From contig NZ_JAHLPM010000017.1 of assembly GCF_018917865.1 (NCBI RefSeq), positions 33,896 to 57,895 of the forward strand: DNA of 24,000 nt, read 5' to 3'. Shown here piece after piece: positions 13,341 to 22,914 of this stretch. The notes beneath the pieces are model-generated. The model was not told the origin of the DNA. It did no database searches and saw nothing but the letters and a program-made list of their open reading frames with translations. Numbering within the stretch: position 1 is the stretch's first letter; each line of letters starts with the position of its first letter. The stretch comes from Tissierella simiarum (GTDB lineage: Bacteria; Bacillota; Clostridia; Tissierellales; Tissierellaceae). The translations under genes and the position numbers were made by a program.

Positions 13341-13772
13341 CTTTAAATTAGTGCTATAACCATATTGTTTTAGGATTCTCTTTATGATTTCTTGTATAGT
13401 TTTATCTTCAATTCTAAAAGTGTATCCTATTTCAACACACATCTTAAGAGTTTATTGGATTTGATTTTGATAGTGTATTGTTTTTTTTATATTTCATACA
13501 CTATTATCCTCAACTCAACACAATCAATATTAAAACAATATTCTTCCTTTTATCAGCATATATAATTAGAGCAGTTATTTGAAAATAGGGACTCAACAGT
13601 TTCTTATTATTTGACGTAAAATAATCTATATTTATATAAAAATAAATACTCTTTTCTGGCAAAAATTAAACAAAACCAAAAAAGAGTATATTATAAAAAA
13701 ATTTTAATAGAAATAATTTAAAATTGGGACTTACAGATTGATAGTTCCCTAAGAAATAATGATTATTAATTA

Positions 13773-14210
13773 TTACATCCATTTTTTTAGACTATTTAAT
13801 ATTCTATTCTTAAATTTATTAGTAGTCGATTTGGTTAATGATTCTTTAAGAATCTCAGGTTGAATGCTTATCAACTCCCATGAATTTCCCTCACATGCAT
13901 TTACAATCTCATGTACTATTTTTATATTTTCCCTATTTTCAGCTCCCCAGTCATGTAGCAATGTTCCACCCTTACCTCCGCTGATAACTACTTCTATTTC
14001 AGCTTCATTGTAATCAGTAAATTTTAGAATAATTACTGACATAAGCGTTGACCAAGTTCTTGCATAAAAGCTCTCTCTCATCAAGACTGCTATGTTTTCT
14101 GAACTATACACATGTGGTTTATTGTAATAATATTCATTTCTATAATTATATAAAATATCAATTATGTCTCTTATATTTTCTCCCTTCACAACTAAATTAG
14201 ACACTTTCAT
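13773..14210 (-). CDS. hypothetical protein (145 aa)
   Basis: ORF track, with a GGAGGA Shine-Dalgarno. It vaguely recalls small DUF-type proteins with an SGGKGG...WG motif, but I cannot name a family confidently. Confidence 0.6.
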   Translation of the reverse strand: MKVSNLVVKGENIRDIIDILYNYRNEYYYNKPHVYSSENIAVLMRESFYARTWSTLMSVIILKFTDYNEAEIEVVISGGKGGTLLHDWGAENRENIKIVHEIVNACEGNSWELISIQPEILKESLTKSTTNKFKNRILNSLKKWM

Positions 14211-14300
14211 ATATATCCTCCATTATTTTTATGGATCTACTTATATTGAATAAAGAATCTATTAACTTACTTTCTAAATCCAGAATTTCTTATAATACTA

Positions 14301-15134
14301 CTATAGTGTACTTAATTTTATGTTTTCTAACTTTTCCTGTATTATATAAAGATATTTACTACTTTTATCTTCTTTAAGAATTCTAAAATATAGACCTCTC
14401 AAAAAATTTTTTATATTAATATAAATATTATCATTTTTATCAGAATATTTCCCTAATTTTAAATTTTGTCTGAACCCCACTATCCAGCTTATTATCTCAG
14501 ATTCACTAAGCATTTCTCTATTCAATATGCTCATTACTGCCGTTATCATACGTTCATCTTCATCATGAATATATATATAATAATCTACTTCTACCTTTTC
14601 ATAAATTATATTAAGAATTTCTCTTAAATCCTCTTTATCTATTTCTGTACATTGTGCAATCTCATCTAAAGCATCAGATCCATGAGCAACACTATGTGCC
14701 CATCCTTTCTTATCTACATACCCTCGTAAATCTTTCTCTTTTCTCATATAGCAAATTAATTTATCCTTTACTATTCCTAAGTCTTCTTTAGTTAAAAAAT
14801 TGTTTTTTCTATGTGCATACAAAATTGCTGCTACTATTAGCATTGAAAAGCTTCGAGTAAATACTGAATCATCAATATTGCCTATATTGTAAAATAAATG
14901 ACCGTCATCTAAACTTATTCCTAAAATTTTGTATAATTCATCAACACTAAATACATCATTTACTATCCAATTTGACATTACAGAATATATCAAATCATCC
15001 CTTAGTTCACTATCTGTATCTCCTATATATCTTAACATTATCAATGCCAATTCTAATGCATTTTCTCCTTTACCCAACTTATATTCTTCTTTTTTTATTG
15101 TTCTCAATTTTTGTATTAAATAGCTTTTATCCAT
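14301..15134 (-). CDS. DUF2785-like protein (277 aa), function unknown
   Basis: ORF track, with an AAGGAGG Shine-Dalgarno. Helical-repeat-like sequence with GWAHSVAHGSDAL, which I associate with DUF2785. Assignment is from memory only. Confidence 0.55.
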   Translation of the reverse strand: MDKSYLIQKLRTIKKEEYKLGKGENALELALIMLRYIGDTDSELRDDLIYSVMSNWIVNDVFSVDELYKILGISLDDGHLFYNIGNIDDSVFTRSFSMLIVAAILYAHRKNNFLTKEDLGIVKDKLICYMRKEKDLRGYVDKKGWAHSVAHGSDALDEIAQCTEIDKEDLREILNIIYEKVEVDYYIYIHDEDERMITAVMSILNREMLSESEIISWIVGFRQNLKLGKYSDKNDNIYINIKNFLRGLYFRILKEDKSSKYLYIIQEKLENIKLSTL

Positions 15135-15286
15135 AGTTAACCTCCTTATATAGTATATTTAGGTTTTTAAATGATTTGAAATTCTCCCCATTTTAAATCA
15201 TTCCATACAAATTATTATTATAATTCTAATTGAAATCTTATACTACCTATTCAATACTTTTTATTAAATTCCTTCTTGAAAACAAA

Positions 15287-15337
15287 AAAGAGAACATCCT
15301 ATTATACTATCTAATGTAGTACAGAAATGTTCTCTTT
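15287..15337 (-). terminator. rho-independent terminator of hemZ
   Basis: Perfect 11-bp stem (aaagagaacat / atgttctcttt) around a 29-nt partly self-paired loop, followed in minus sense by UUUGUUUUC. It begins 19 nt after the TGA at 15356-15358. Confidence 0.6.
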
Positions 15338-15355
15338 ATGTCTAACATTGTATTA

Positions 15356-16837
15356 TCATAATATAAGTGCTTTTTTCTTTCTCTTAATTAATTCCTCTGT
15401 TCTTCCTAAATATTCTTTTAAATCTTTAAAATTAGGTACTCTTTCAATTCTATTTTCTTGTGGAAAAAAGATTTTTGATACAGATCCCATACCTACTGCC
15501 ATTATGGTTTCCTTTTCTTCCATAATTGCCATATTATAAATACACTCCATACCTTCTTTGCTATAACCTACGTTTTCAAAGTTTCCTAATATTTGTTTTT
15601 GTCTATATAGATAATAAGGTTCAAGATACATTCTATCTGCAAAGTTAACAGTTTCCTGTATCATCTCTTCTATAATATTTTGATCTTCAATACTATACTC
15701 ATCTATAGTTTCCTTAAATTTAGATCCTCTTTTAATAGCAAGAGTATGAACTGTTAAATTTTCTGGATTCAATTTTTCTATCTCCATAAGGGTCTTAATG
15801 ATTTCATTCTTTCCCTCAGAAGGAAGTCCAACTATTAAATCCATGTTTATAACCTTAAAACCAATTTCCTTCGCTAAATAATAAGCCCTTTTTATATCCT
15901 CACTGTTATGTTTTCTTCCAATTAACTTTAAAGTTTTATCATTCATAGTTTGAGGATTTATACTAATCCTATCTATATTATTTCTATTTAACATAGTTAA
16001 AATCTCTTGAGTTATAGTATCTGGTCTTCCAGCTTCTACAGTAAATTCCCTTATATTTTCTTTTCCAAAGGTTAAATAAATTGCTTCAATAATTTCTTCC
16101 AAATCTCTTGATGGAATAGCAGTTGGAGTACCACCACCAATATATACTGTATTAATAATTTTTCCTTCCATTAACTCTTTAACTTTTTTAATTTCATATA
16201 TAACTTTATCTTTATAATCTTCAATTAAATTCTTATATATATTTATAGGCACCGACGGAAACGAACAATAAATACATCTAGTGGGACAAAAAGGAATACT
16301 AACATAAAGACTAAATTTATCTCTATTTAAAGGATAAATATATTGTCTTTGCTTTTTACCTATATTTAAAATCAATTCTGCCTTATGGGGATGTAGCTTA
16401 TATTCTTTAACTAAAATATTCAGTATTTTTTCTTGATTGATTTCTCTATCTAAAAAATCGTGAACAATTTTAACAGGTCTAATACCTGTTAAAATCCCCC
16501 AAGGTACTTTCCTATCAATAATAGATAAAAGGGCTTCGTAAATAGATTTTTTTATACCAATCTTTATTGACTTTTCCATAGAATTTTTGCCTATATCAAT
16601 GTCATTAATATTTTCCGTTTTATCTATATAAAAAACTCCATTTAAGTAAAGAGTAGTTTTAGCATAAATTTTATTACCTTCTTTATGCAAAATGCTTTCT
16701 ATAAGATAGCCCTCTTCGTTATATTCCTTTTTGTCTTCTAAAAATAGAATTTCCTCATTAGGAAAAAACACTCTGGTCAGTTCAAACAAATCATATTTAA
16801 AATCATGTCCCCCTAAAAAAACATATACCATTTTCAT
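15356..16837 (-). CDS. hemZ: radical-SAM coproporphyrinogen dehydrogenase-like protein HemZ (start moved to ATG 16837, or possibly 16831)
   Basis: CPTRCIYCSF radical-SAM CxxxCxxC motif; length and layout fit the HemN/HemZ family. The ORF-track start at 16867 lies inside the upstream small ORF, whose stop is at 16845-16847. AAGGTGA precedes the ATGs at 16837 and 16831. Confidence 0.8.
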   Translation of the reverse strand: MKMVYVFLGGHDFKYDLFELTRVFFPNEEILFLEDKKEYNEEGYLIESILHKEGNKIYAKTTLYLNGVFYIDKTENINDIDIGKNSMEKSIKIGIKKSIYEALLSIIDRKVPWGILTGIRPVKIVHDFLDREINQEKILNILVKEYKLHPHKAELILNIGKKQRQYIYPLNRDKFSLYVSIPFCPTRCIYCSFPSVPINIYKNLIEDYKDKVIYEIKKVKELMEGKIINTVYIGGGTPTAIPSRDLEEIIEAIYLTFGKENIREFTVEAGRPDTITQEILTMLNRNNIDRISINPQTMNDKTLKLIGRKHNSEDIKRAYYLAKEIGFKVINMDLIVGLPSEGKNEIIKTLMEIEKLNPENLTVHTLAIKRGSKFKETIDEYSIEDQNIIEEMIQETVNFADRMYLEPYYLYRQKQILGNFENVGYSKEGMECIYNMAIMEEKETIMAVGMGSVSKIFFPQENRIERVPNFKDLKEYLGRTEELIKRKKKALIL

Positions 16838-16844
16838 TATCACC

Positions 16845-17012
16845 TTATCTATCTTTGTGAATTTCATCCATCATATCTATTACTTGTTTCTCAGATATTC
16901 CAAACTCCTTAGCTATTTCTTCTTTTCCTGCACCTAATTCAATTAATTCATATAAATCATGTAAATCTGTATTTTCATTATATCTATTTTTCAAATTCTT
17001 TTTATTTAACAT
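16845..17012 (-). CDS. small HTH-like protein, 55 aa (not in the ORF track)
   Basis: Hand translation: MLNKKNLKNRYNENTDLHDLYELIELGAGKEEIAKEFGISEKQVIDMMDEIHKDR. TAGGAGGTGG Shine-Dalgarno lies 8 nt upstream of the ATG at 17012. EEIAKEFGISEKQV resembles a helix-turn-helix. Confidence 0.5.
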   Translation of the reverse strand: MLNKKNLKNRYNENTDLHDLYELIELGAGKEEIAKEFGISEKQVIDMMDEIHKDR

Positions 17013-17063
17013 TATAATAGCCACCTCCTAAAGATAGCTTTCCCTAAAAGATGGCTTACAATT

Positions 17064-17693
17064 CTATCTTAAAAACGGATTTGAAGATTTCTCATTTTTA
17101 ATAGTAGAAGATGGTCCATGACCTGGATACACCTGTGTATTATCCGGATATATTACAAGTTTTTCTTTAATAGACTTAATAATTTCTTCATAGGAACCAC
17201 CAAGAAAATCTGTTCTGCCTATAGATCCTGCAAAAAGTGTATCTCCTGTAAATAAGTTATCACCTATTTTTAAACAAATTCCTCCTGGAGTATGTCCTGG
17301 AGTATGAATAACTTCTGCTGCTAAGCCTCCAAACTCTATTTTATCTCCATCTTTCAAAAGAACATCTGGCTCTATTTCTACAGTACCCATAGCCATTACA
17401 CTAGATAAATTCTTATCTCCATCAATAAGCAATTCTCTATCTTTTTCATGTATCATAACAGGTACTCCCAATTTATCTTTTAATCCTTTTACTCCTCCTA
17501 TATGATCTGCATGGCCATGAGTTAAAATTATATACTTAATATTTAAATCATTCCTATCAATAGCTGCAATAATATCTTCAACATCTCCACCAGGATCCAA
17601 CACTATACCTTCCTTTTTATCTTCTGGATAAATTATATAACAATTAGCAGCATATATTCCTGCTGGTATTCTAAGTATTTTCAAATATATCAC
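17064..17693 (-). CDS. MBL-fold metallo-hydrolase (glyoxalase II-like)
   Basis: ORF track. THGHADHIGG zinc motif plus downstream HTPGHTPG and a conserved D...H. Confidence 0.85.
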   Translation of the reverse strand: MIYLKILRIPAGIYAANCYIIYPEDKKEGIVLDPGGDVEDIIAAIDRNDLNIKYIILTHGHADHIGGVKGLKDKLGVPVMIHEKDRELLIDGDKNLSSVMAMGTVEIEPDVLLKDGDKIEFGGLAAEVIHTPGHTPGGICLKIGDNLFTGDTLFAGSIGRTDFLGGSYEEIIKSIKEKLVIYPDNTQVYPGHGPSSTIKNEKSSNPFLR

Positions 17694-17695
17694 TC

Positions 17696-18145
17696 CTAAA
17701 ATATTTTTTTACTATCTAACATTATAGTTACTGGTCCATCGTTTATAAGTCCGACTTTCATATAAGCACCAAAAACGCCTTTCTCTGTTTTTACCCCTTT
17801 TTCGATACACCTATTTATAAACTCATTATATAATTTTTCAGCAATATCCGGTTGAGCTGAGCCGCTAAAATTAGGTCTTTTACCTTTTCTAACATCCCCG
17901 TATAAAGTAAATTGAGAGACTACTAAAAGTTCGCCTTCCACATCTAATAAAGATAAGTTCATCTTTTCCATATCATCTTCAAATATCCTTAAGCCTAATA
18001 CTTTATCAACTAGATAATCTAAATCCTTATTATCGTCTCCTTCTCCTACACCAAGCAAAACTAACAGACCTTTGCCTATTTCCCCAACCACTTCTCCTTC
18101 TACTTTAACGTAAGCCTCTGTTACCCTTTGTACTACTGCTCTCAT
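17696..18145 (-). CDS. dtd: D-aminoacyl-tRNA deacylase
   Basis: ORF track. MRAVVQRV start, SQFTLYGD and KGKRPNF motifs, about 149 aa. Confidence 0.9.
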   Translation of the reverse strand: MRAVVQRVTEAYVKVEGEVVGEIGKGLLVLLGVGEGDDNKDLDYLVDKVLGLRIFEDDMEKMNLSLLDVEGELLVVSQFTLYGDVRKGKRPNFSGSAQPDIAEKLYNEFINRCIEKGVKTEKGVFGAYMKVGLINDGPVTIMLDSKKIF

Positions 18146-18160
18146 TTAATTTCTTCCTTT

Positions 18161-20332
18161 CTATACTGTAACTCTATATACATCAATGACACCTTTTATT
18201 CTCTTAATCTTTCTCATTAAATCTCTTAATTGTTCTATGTCTTTAATTTCTAAAGTAATATTTATAATTACTAATTTTTCTTTATTCGTTCTAGCATTTA
18301 AAGATAGTAATCCTAAGTCAGAGTCTGTAATTTTCTGAGTTATTTCTGTTAATAATCCAGATTTATCAGTAGCCTTGATTTGTATCTCAGCTGGATATGA
18401 AGCTTTTTTATGGAAATCCCATTCTACCTCTATAAATCTTTCTGTTCCGTCAACATCACTGACATTAGGACAATCAGTTCTATGAACAGAAACTCCTCTA
18501 CCTCTAGTTATATATCCAACTATATCATCTCCAGGTACTGGATTACAGCACTTTGAAAATCTAACTTTTATATTATCTAGCCCTTTAATAGTAACTCCTT
18601 GGGTAGGTTTTTTCTCTTTCTTCTGAGTACTTTGTTGAATCTTACTTTCAACAAATCCTTTCTCATCTTTAATTTTATAGTAATCATTATAATATTCTTT
18701 AAGCTTACTTAATACTTGGTTTACTGTAATACTTCCATATCCTAAGGCTGCGTATAAATCTTCTACTGAGTTTATACTAAGCTTATTGGTAGTTCCTTTT
18801 ATCCACTCATCCTTTAAAATTTCCGTCAATTTATAACCCTGACGTTTAATTTCTTTTTCTAATATTTCTTTGCCTCTGGTAATATTTAAGTCTCTTTCCT
18901 TTAACTTAAACCATTGTCTTATCTTGTTTTTTGCTTGATTACTTTTAACAATTTTAAGCCAATCTCTACTAGGACCATTGCTATTAGTAGAGGTGATTAC
19001 TTCTACAATATTTCCATTTTTAAGTTTATAATCTAAAGGTACAATTCTTCCGTCAACTTTAGCTCCAACACAGTTGTTTCCTACTGCAGTGTGGACTCTA
19101 TAAGCAAAATCTACTGGTGTAGATCCATTAGGTAAATTAATAACATCTCCTCTAGGAGTAAAAACAAAGACTTCATCAGTAAAAAAGTCTATCTTTAGAG
19201 TTTCCATAAATTCTTTAGGATCTTTTAAATCTTTCTGCCATTCTAGAAGTTGCCTTAGCCAAGTTAGCTTCTCATCAAAATTATCTGCTTTCACTACTCC
19301 TTCTTTATACTTCCAGTGAGCAGCAATACCGTATTCTGCTGTTCGATGCATTTCCCAAGTACGTATTTGTACTTCAAATATTTCTCCCTGTGGACCTATA
19401 ACTGTTGTATGAAGAGACTGATACATATTTGGTTTAGGCATGGCAATATAGTCTTTAAAACGACCGGGTATAGGTTTCCACATAGTGTGAACTATACCTA
19501 AAACACCATAACAGTCTTTTATATTATCTACTATAATTCTAATTGCTGTCAAATCAAAAATTTGTTCAAAGCTTTTTCCTTGATAAACCATTTTCTTATA
19601 TATACTATAAAAGTTTTTTGGTCTACCACTTATTTCGTAACTGATATCCATTTCATCTAATTTCTTACTTAAAGATTCAATTAACTTTTTGACATACGCT
19701 TCCCTTTCCCTTCTTCTCTTAGAAACCTTTTCTACTAAATCATAATATCCAGCAGGGTCTAAATATCTTAGAGATAAGTCTTCTAGTTCCCATTTAATCT
19801 TAGAAATTCCCAGTCTATGAGCTAAAGGAGCATATATTTCTATAGTCTCTAAGGCCTTTTCTTTTTTCTTAGCATCGCTCATATATTCAAGAGTTCTCAT
19901 ATTGTGAAGTCTATCGGCTAATTTAATTATAATTACTCTAATATCTTTAGCCATAGCCATAACCATTTTTCTTAAATTCTCCGCTTGGTTTTCTTGTTTA
20001 GTTTTATATTGAAGTTTCTTTAGCTTAGTCACGCCTTCGACTAAATCAGCTATTTCAGTTCCAAATTCTTCTACAACTTTTTCGTAAGTCGTATTTGTAT
20101 CTTCTATAATATCATGAAGAAGTCCAGCTATTATAGTAGCTGTATCCATATTTAAGTCAGCTAATATCATTGCCACATTAAAAGGATGTATAAAGAATCT
20201 CTCTCCAGAGTTTCTTGCTTGACCTTCATGAGCTGATTCAGCAAAATTATAAGCCTTTATTATTTGTTGCAAATCTGCTTGTGGGTTATATTGCTCTATT
20301 TTTAATAGTAAATTCTCTAACATGATATTCAC
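18161..20332 (-). CDS. relA: bifunctional (p)ppGpp synthetase/hydrolase RelA/SpoT (Rel)
   Basis: ORF track. HD hydrolase motif (LLHDIIEDT), a RelA_SpoT synthetase region (YRSLHTTV-like QSLHTTVIGP), and TGS and ACT-like C-terminal domains; 723 aa. Confidence 0.95.
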   Translation of the reverse strand: MNIMLENLLLKIEQYNPQADLQQIIKAYNFAESAHEGQARNSGERFFIHPFNVAMILADLNMDTATIIAGLLHDIIEDTNTTYEKVVEEFGTEIADLVEGVTKLKKLQYKTKQENQAENLRKMVMAMAKDIRVIIIKLADRLHNMRTLEYMSDAKKKEKALETIEIYAPLAHRLGISKIKWELEDLSLRYLDPAGYYDLVEKVSKRRREREAYVKKLIESLSKKLDEMDISYEISGRPKNFYSIYKKMVYQGKSFEQIFDLTAIRIIVDNIKDCYGVLGIVHTMWKPIPGRFKDYIAMPKPNMYQSLHTTVIGPQGEIFEVQIRTWEMHRTAEYGIAAHWKYKEGVVKADNFDEKLTWLRQLLEWQKDLKDPKEFMETLKIDFFTDEVFVFTPRGDVINLPNGSTPVDFAYRVHTAVGNNCVGAKVDGRIVPLDYKLKNGNIVEVITSTNSNGPSRDWLKIVKSNQAKNKIRQWFKLKERDLNITRGKEILEKEIKRQGYKLTEILKDEWIKGTTNKLSINSVEDLYAALGYGSITVNQVLSKLKEYYNDYYKIKDEKGFVESKIQQSTQKKEKKPTQGVTIKGLDNIKVRFSKCCNPVPGDDIVGYITRGRGVSVHRTDCPNVSDVDGTERFIEVEWDFHKKASYPAEIQIKATDKSGLLTEITQKITDSDLGLLSLNARTNKEKLVIINITLEIKDIEQLRDLMRKIKRIKGVIDVYRVTV

Positions 20333-20500
20333 CTGCTCAAAGTTTATTGGTAGTTTAATATTATCTAAATTTTTTATAATGATTATATAAATACCATTTT
20401 ATACAAGTATTTAATTAAATCTTTAAAATATTATAAATGTATTTAACTTATATTAAATATCATTTTACAATCTATTTCAACTAATATTTTAAAATTTTTA

Positions 20501-22270
20501 TTATGACCATCTATAGTTTTGAATTATAACTTGTAAAGTTGTATTTCCCATATATTCATTTACAGATGGTGTAAATAATATATCCATATTTAATCTGTTA
20601 TTCAATCCATCGTATAACTTTGCTATTTCCTCTTTTCCATATTTGCGATTTATACTTTCTTCAAAATCTTCAATATTTCCAAAATACAAGCCATCAATAG
20701 TCTTCCCACTATTAGATTCCAATATTAACTTAAGTACATTTCTATTATTTCCAAAAACAAATCCTCTTTTAACTTTTAAGCCCTTTTCACCAAATATTGG
20801 TTTATTGTTCCCTTTTCCAAAAGGTTCTAATAACTTTAATTCTTCTATTAAATTAAAATTAATAAAATCTAAAGGAAGCTGCATATCTATATATACTTTC
20901 GGAATTAAATCATCATCTGTTAAGCTAGTTTCCTTATTTAACCTATCTCTAAGAATATCTATATTACAGGGGTCTAAGGATAATCCTGCTGCCATTGGAT
21001 GACCACCAAATCTATTTAATAAATCTTTACATTTTGATAGTTCTTCAAACATATTATATTCTTCAATAGACCTGCCTGATCCTTTAACACCTTGTTCTCC
21101 CTCTGTAAGTATAATGGTTGGAACATAATATTTATCTTTAATTCTTCCAGCAATTATTCCTGCTATGCTTTCATGAATCTCTGGCTCATAAATAACGAAA
21201 ACCTTATCATCTTTTAAATTAGAATTCTCAATTATATCGACAACCTTTTCTACACCTTTTATAGTCATATATTTTCTTTCTTCATTAAGCTCCTTAAGAT
21301 CTCTTGCTAAATCTATAGCTTCATCCACATCATTGCTAAGCAATAGTTTTAAAGATAATAGAGCGCTATCCAACCTACCTGATGCATTTATACATGGTCC
21401 AATAATGAACCCTAAATGATATACTCCTAAGTCCTTCCCCTCTATGCTAGTTTCTTTTATAAGTGCTTTTAAACCCATATTATTAGTATTATTTATAAGT
21501 TCCAATCCTTTCTTAACTATAACTCTATTTTCATCAATTAGATCTACAACATCACAAACCGTTGCAATTGCCACATATTCTAACAGTTGATAAGACTCTT
21601 CAAAGGGTAGATTCATTGCTTTATAAAGCTGTTGTATCAATTTAAAAGCAACTCCTGCACCACATAAACTCTTAAAAGGATATCTACATTCTAATTGTTT
21701 TGGATTTACAACAGCATCAGCTTCTAAAGATATGTACTTCTTATGGTTTTCTTCATCTATAATGAAGGGAATATCATGATGATCAGTAACTATTATTGTT
21801 AATCCTATTTCTTTTGCTAATTTTACTTGCTCTATAGCAGCTATTCCATTATCACATGTAATTATAGTATCTATTCCGTCTAACTTTGCTTTCTCTATAA
21901 TTTCGTTGTTTATACCATAGCCATCCTTAACTCTATCAGGTATAACATAGTCTACAACTCCACCACATTTCTTTATACTAGTATAAAGAATAAATACACT
22001 AATTACACCATCTACATCAAAATCTCCAACTATACGAATTCTTTTCTTCTCATATATTTTATCTCTAATTATATCTACTGCTTTTTCTAGATCTTTCATT
22101 AAAATTGGATTATAAAGTTTATTTAGTTGAGGACTAATAAATCTATCTATTAGATCATAATCCGTTATATCTCTGTTTACAAGTAGTTTAGATACAAATG
22201 GACTAATACCTAAGTCCTTTGCTATCTTTCTATGATCTACCTTTTTATTTTTTATAAACCATTTCTCCAA
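20501..22270 (-). CDS. recJ: single-stranded-DNA-specific exonuclease RecJ
   Basis: ORF track. DHH motifs (GDFDVDG, DNG, VTDHHD) and DHHA1 GGHPMAAG; 589 aa. Confidence 0.9.
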   Translation of the reverse strand: MEKWFIKNKKVDHRKIAKDLGISPFVSKLLVNRDITDYDLIDRFISPQLNKLYNPILMKDLEKAVDIIRDKIYEKKRIRIVGDFDVDGVISVFILYTSIKKCGGVVDYVIPDRVKDGYGINNEIIEKAKLDGIDTIITCDNGIAAIEQVKLAKEIGLTIIVTDHHDIPFIIDEENHKKYISLEADAVVNPKQLECRYPFKSLCGAGVAFKLIQQLYKAMNLPFEESYQLLEYVAIATVCDVVDLIDENRVIVKKGLELINNTNNMGLKALIKETSIEGKDLGVYHLGFIIGPCINASGRLDSALLSLKLLLSNDVDEAIDLARDLKELNEERKYMTIKGVEKVVDIIENSNLKDDKVFVIYEPEIHESIAGIIAGRIKDKYYVPTIILTEGEQGVKGSGRSIEEYNMFEELSKCKDLLNRFGGHPMAAGLSLDPCNIDILRDRLNKETSLTDDDLIPKVYIDMQLPLDFINFNLIEELKLLEPFGKGNNKPIFGEKGLKVKRGFVFGNNRNVLKLILESNSGKTIDGLYFGNIEDFEESINRKYGKEEIAKLYDGLNNRLNMDILFTPSVNEYMGNTTLQVIIQNYRWS

Positions 22271-22416
22271 AAATATTCACTCCTATAAATTCTAATAAAA
22301 AGTATAATATAATAAAAAGACTTCTATAAATATAGATTAAATTAATGAAGTCCTTGTTAAAATTCATTCTAGGTTAAGTTTATACTAAGAAATTTAGATG
22401 TCTCTATATGTTATAA

Positions 22417-22450
22417 AAAATTTAGATACCTATGCAGATATCTAAATTTT
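22417..22450 (-). terminator. A/U-rich hairpin downstream of the LapA-domain gene (weak terminator)
   Basis: 10-12 bp stem (aatttagata / tatctaaatt) with a 10-nt loop, flanked by A and T runs. The stem is almost entirely A-T, so predicted stability is modest. Confidence 0.4.
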
Positions 22451-22471
22451 ATCATTTTATAATAACTAATT

Positions 22472-22825
22472 CTAGTTAATATTATCTATTTCTTCATTAT
22501 TGCTATCTGTCATCTTATTATTCTTTAATTCTCTAATTTCGTCTTCCTTTTCCCCTATCATGATAGTCAATTTATTTCTTTCTTCTTCTATTGAATTTAA
22601 CTTTTTATTTAAATCCTTAATTTCTTTCTTAAACTTTAAATTATTTACCCAACCTAATAAGGCTACCACTACTGCTCCTAAAATTGCAGAAGCAAAGATA
22701 ATTATAGCTTGAGATATTTCTACTTTAGTGAAAATAAAATCTATAAGTACTTTATCTCCATTATTTAGAGCAAAAATAGCAACTATTGCTGCAAAGATTA
22801 AAGAAAATATAAAACCTTTTTCCAC
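22472..22825 (-). CDS. LapA-domain (DUF1049-like) membrane protein with a coiled-coil tail
   Basis: ORF track. Two N-terminal TM helices are followed by a KE-rich helical segment. The family call is from the general pattern only. Confidence 0.55.
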   Translation of the reverse strand: MEKGFIFSLIFAAIVAIFALNNGDKVLIDFIFTKVEISQAIIIFASAILGAVVVALLGWVNNLKFKKEIKDLNKKLNSIEEERNKLTIMIGEKEDEIRELKNNKMTDSNNEEIDNIN

Positions 22826-22882
22826 AGCTACACCCCCATAATATCCATATTGTTCCTTATAAGATTTTTACCCAAAATTCAA

Positions 22883-22914
22883 GTACAAAAACTGCTAAAT
22901 AGCAGTTTTTGTAC
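22883..22914 (-). terminator. rho-independent terminator overlapping the secF stop codon
   Basis: Perfect 14-bp stem (gtacaaaaactgct / agcagtttttgtac) with a 4-nt loop. The secF stop codon (22895-22897) lies at the stem-loop junction of the hairpin. Confidence 0.65.

Noticed and set aside
1429-22712. Plus-strand ORFs in the track that lie antisense to long minus-strand genes: 1429-1701, 8088-8297, 10539-10805, 12031-12408, 12475-12741, 14929-15123, 15327-15539, 16731-16937, 19316-19501, 20643-21002 and 22500-22712.
   Set aside because: Each is fully or largely embedded in a minus-strand gene with clear family motifs. Their products are low-complexity, Ser/Ile/Phe/Asn-rich and lack Shine-Dalgarno sequences. 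These are typical shadow ORFs of AT-rich DNA.
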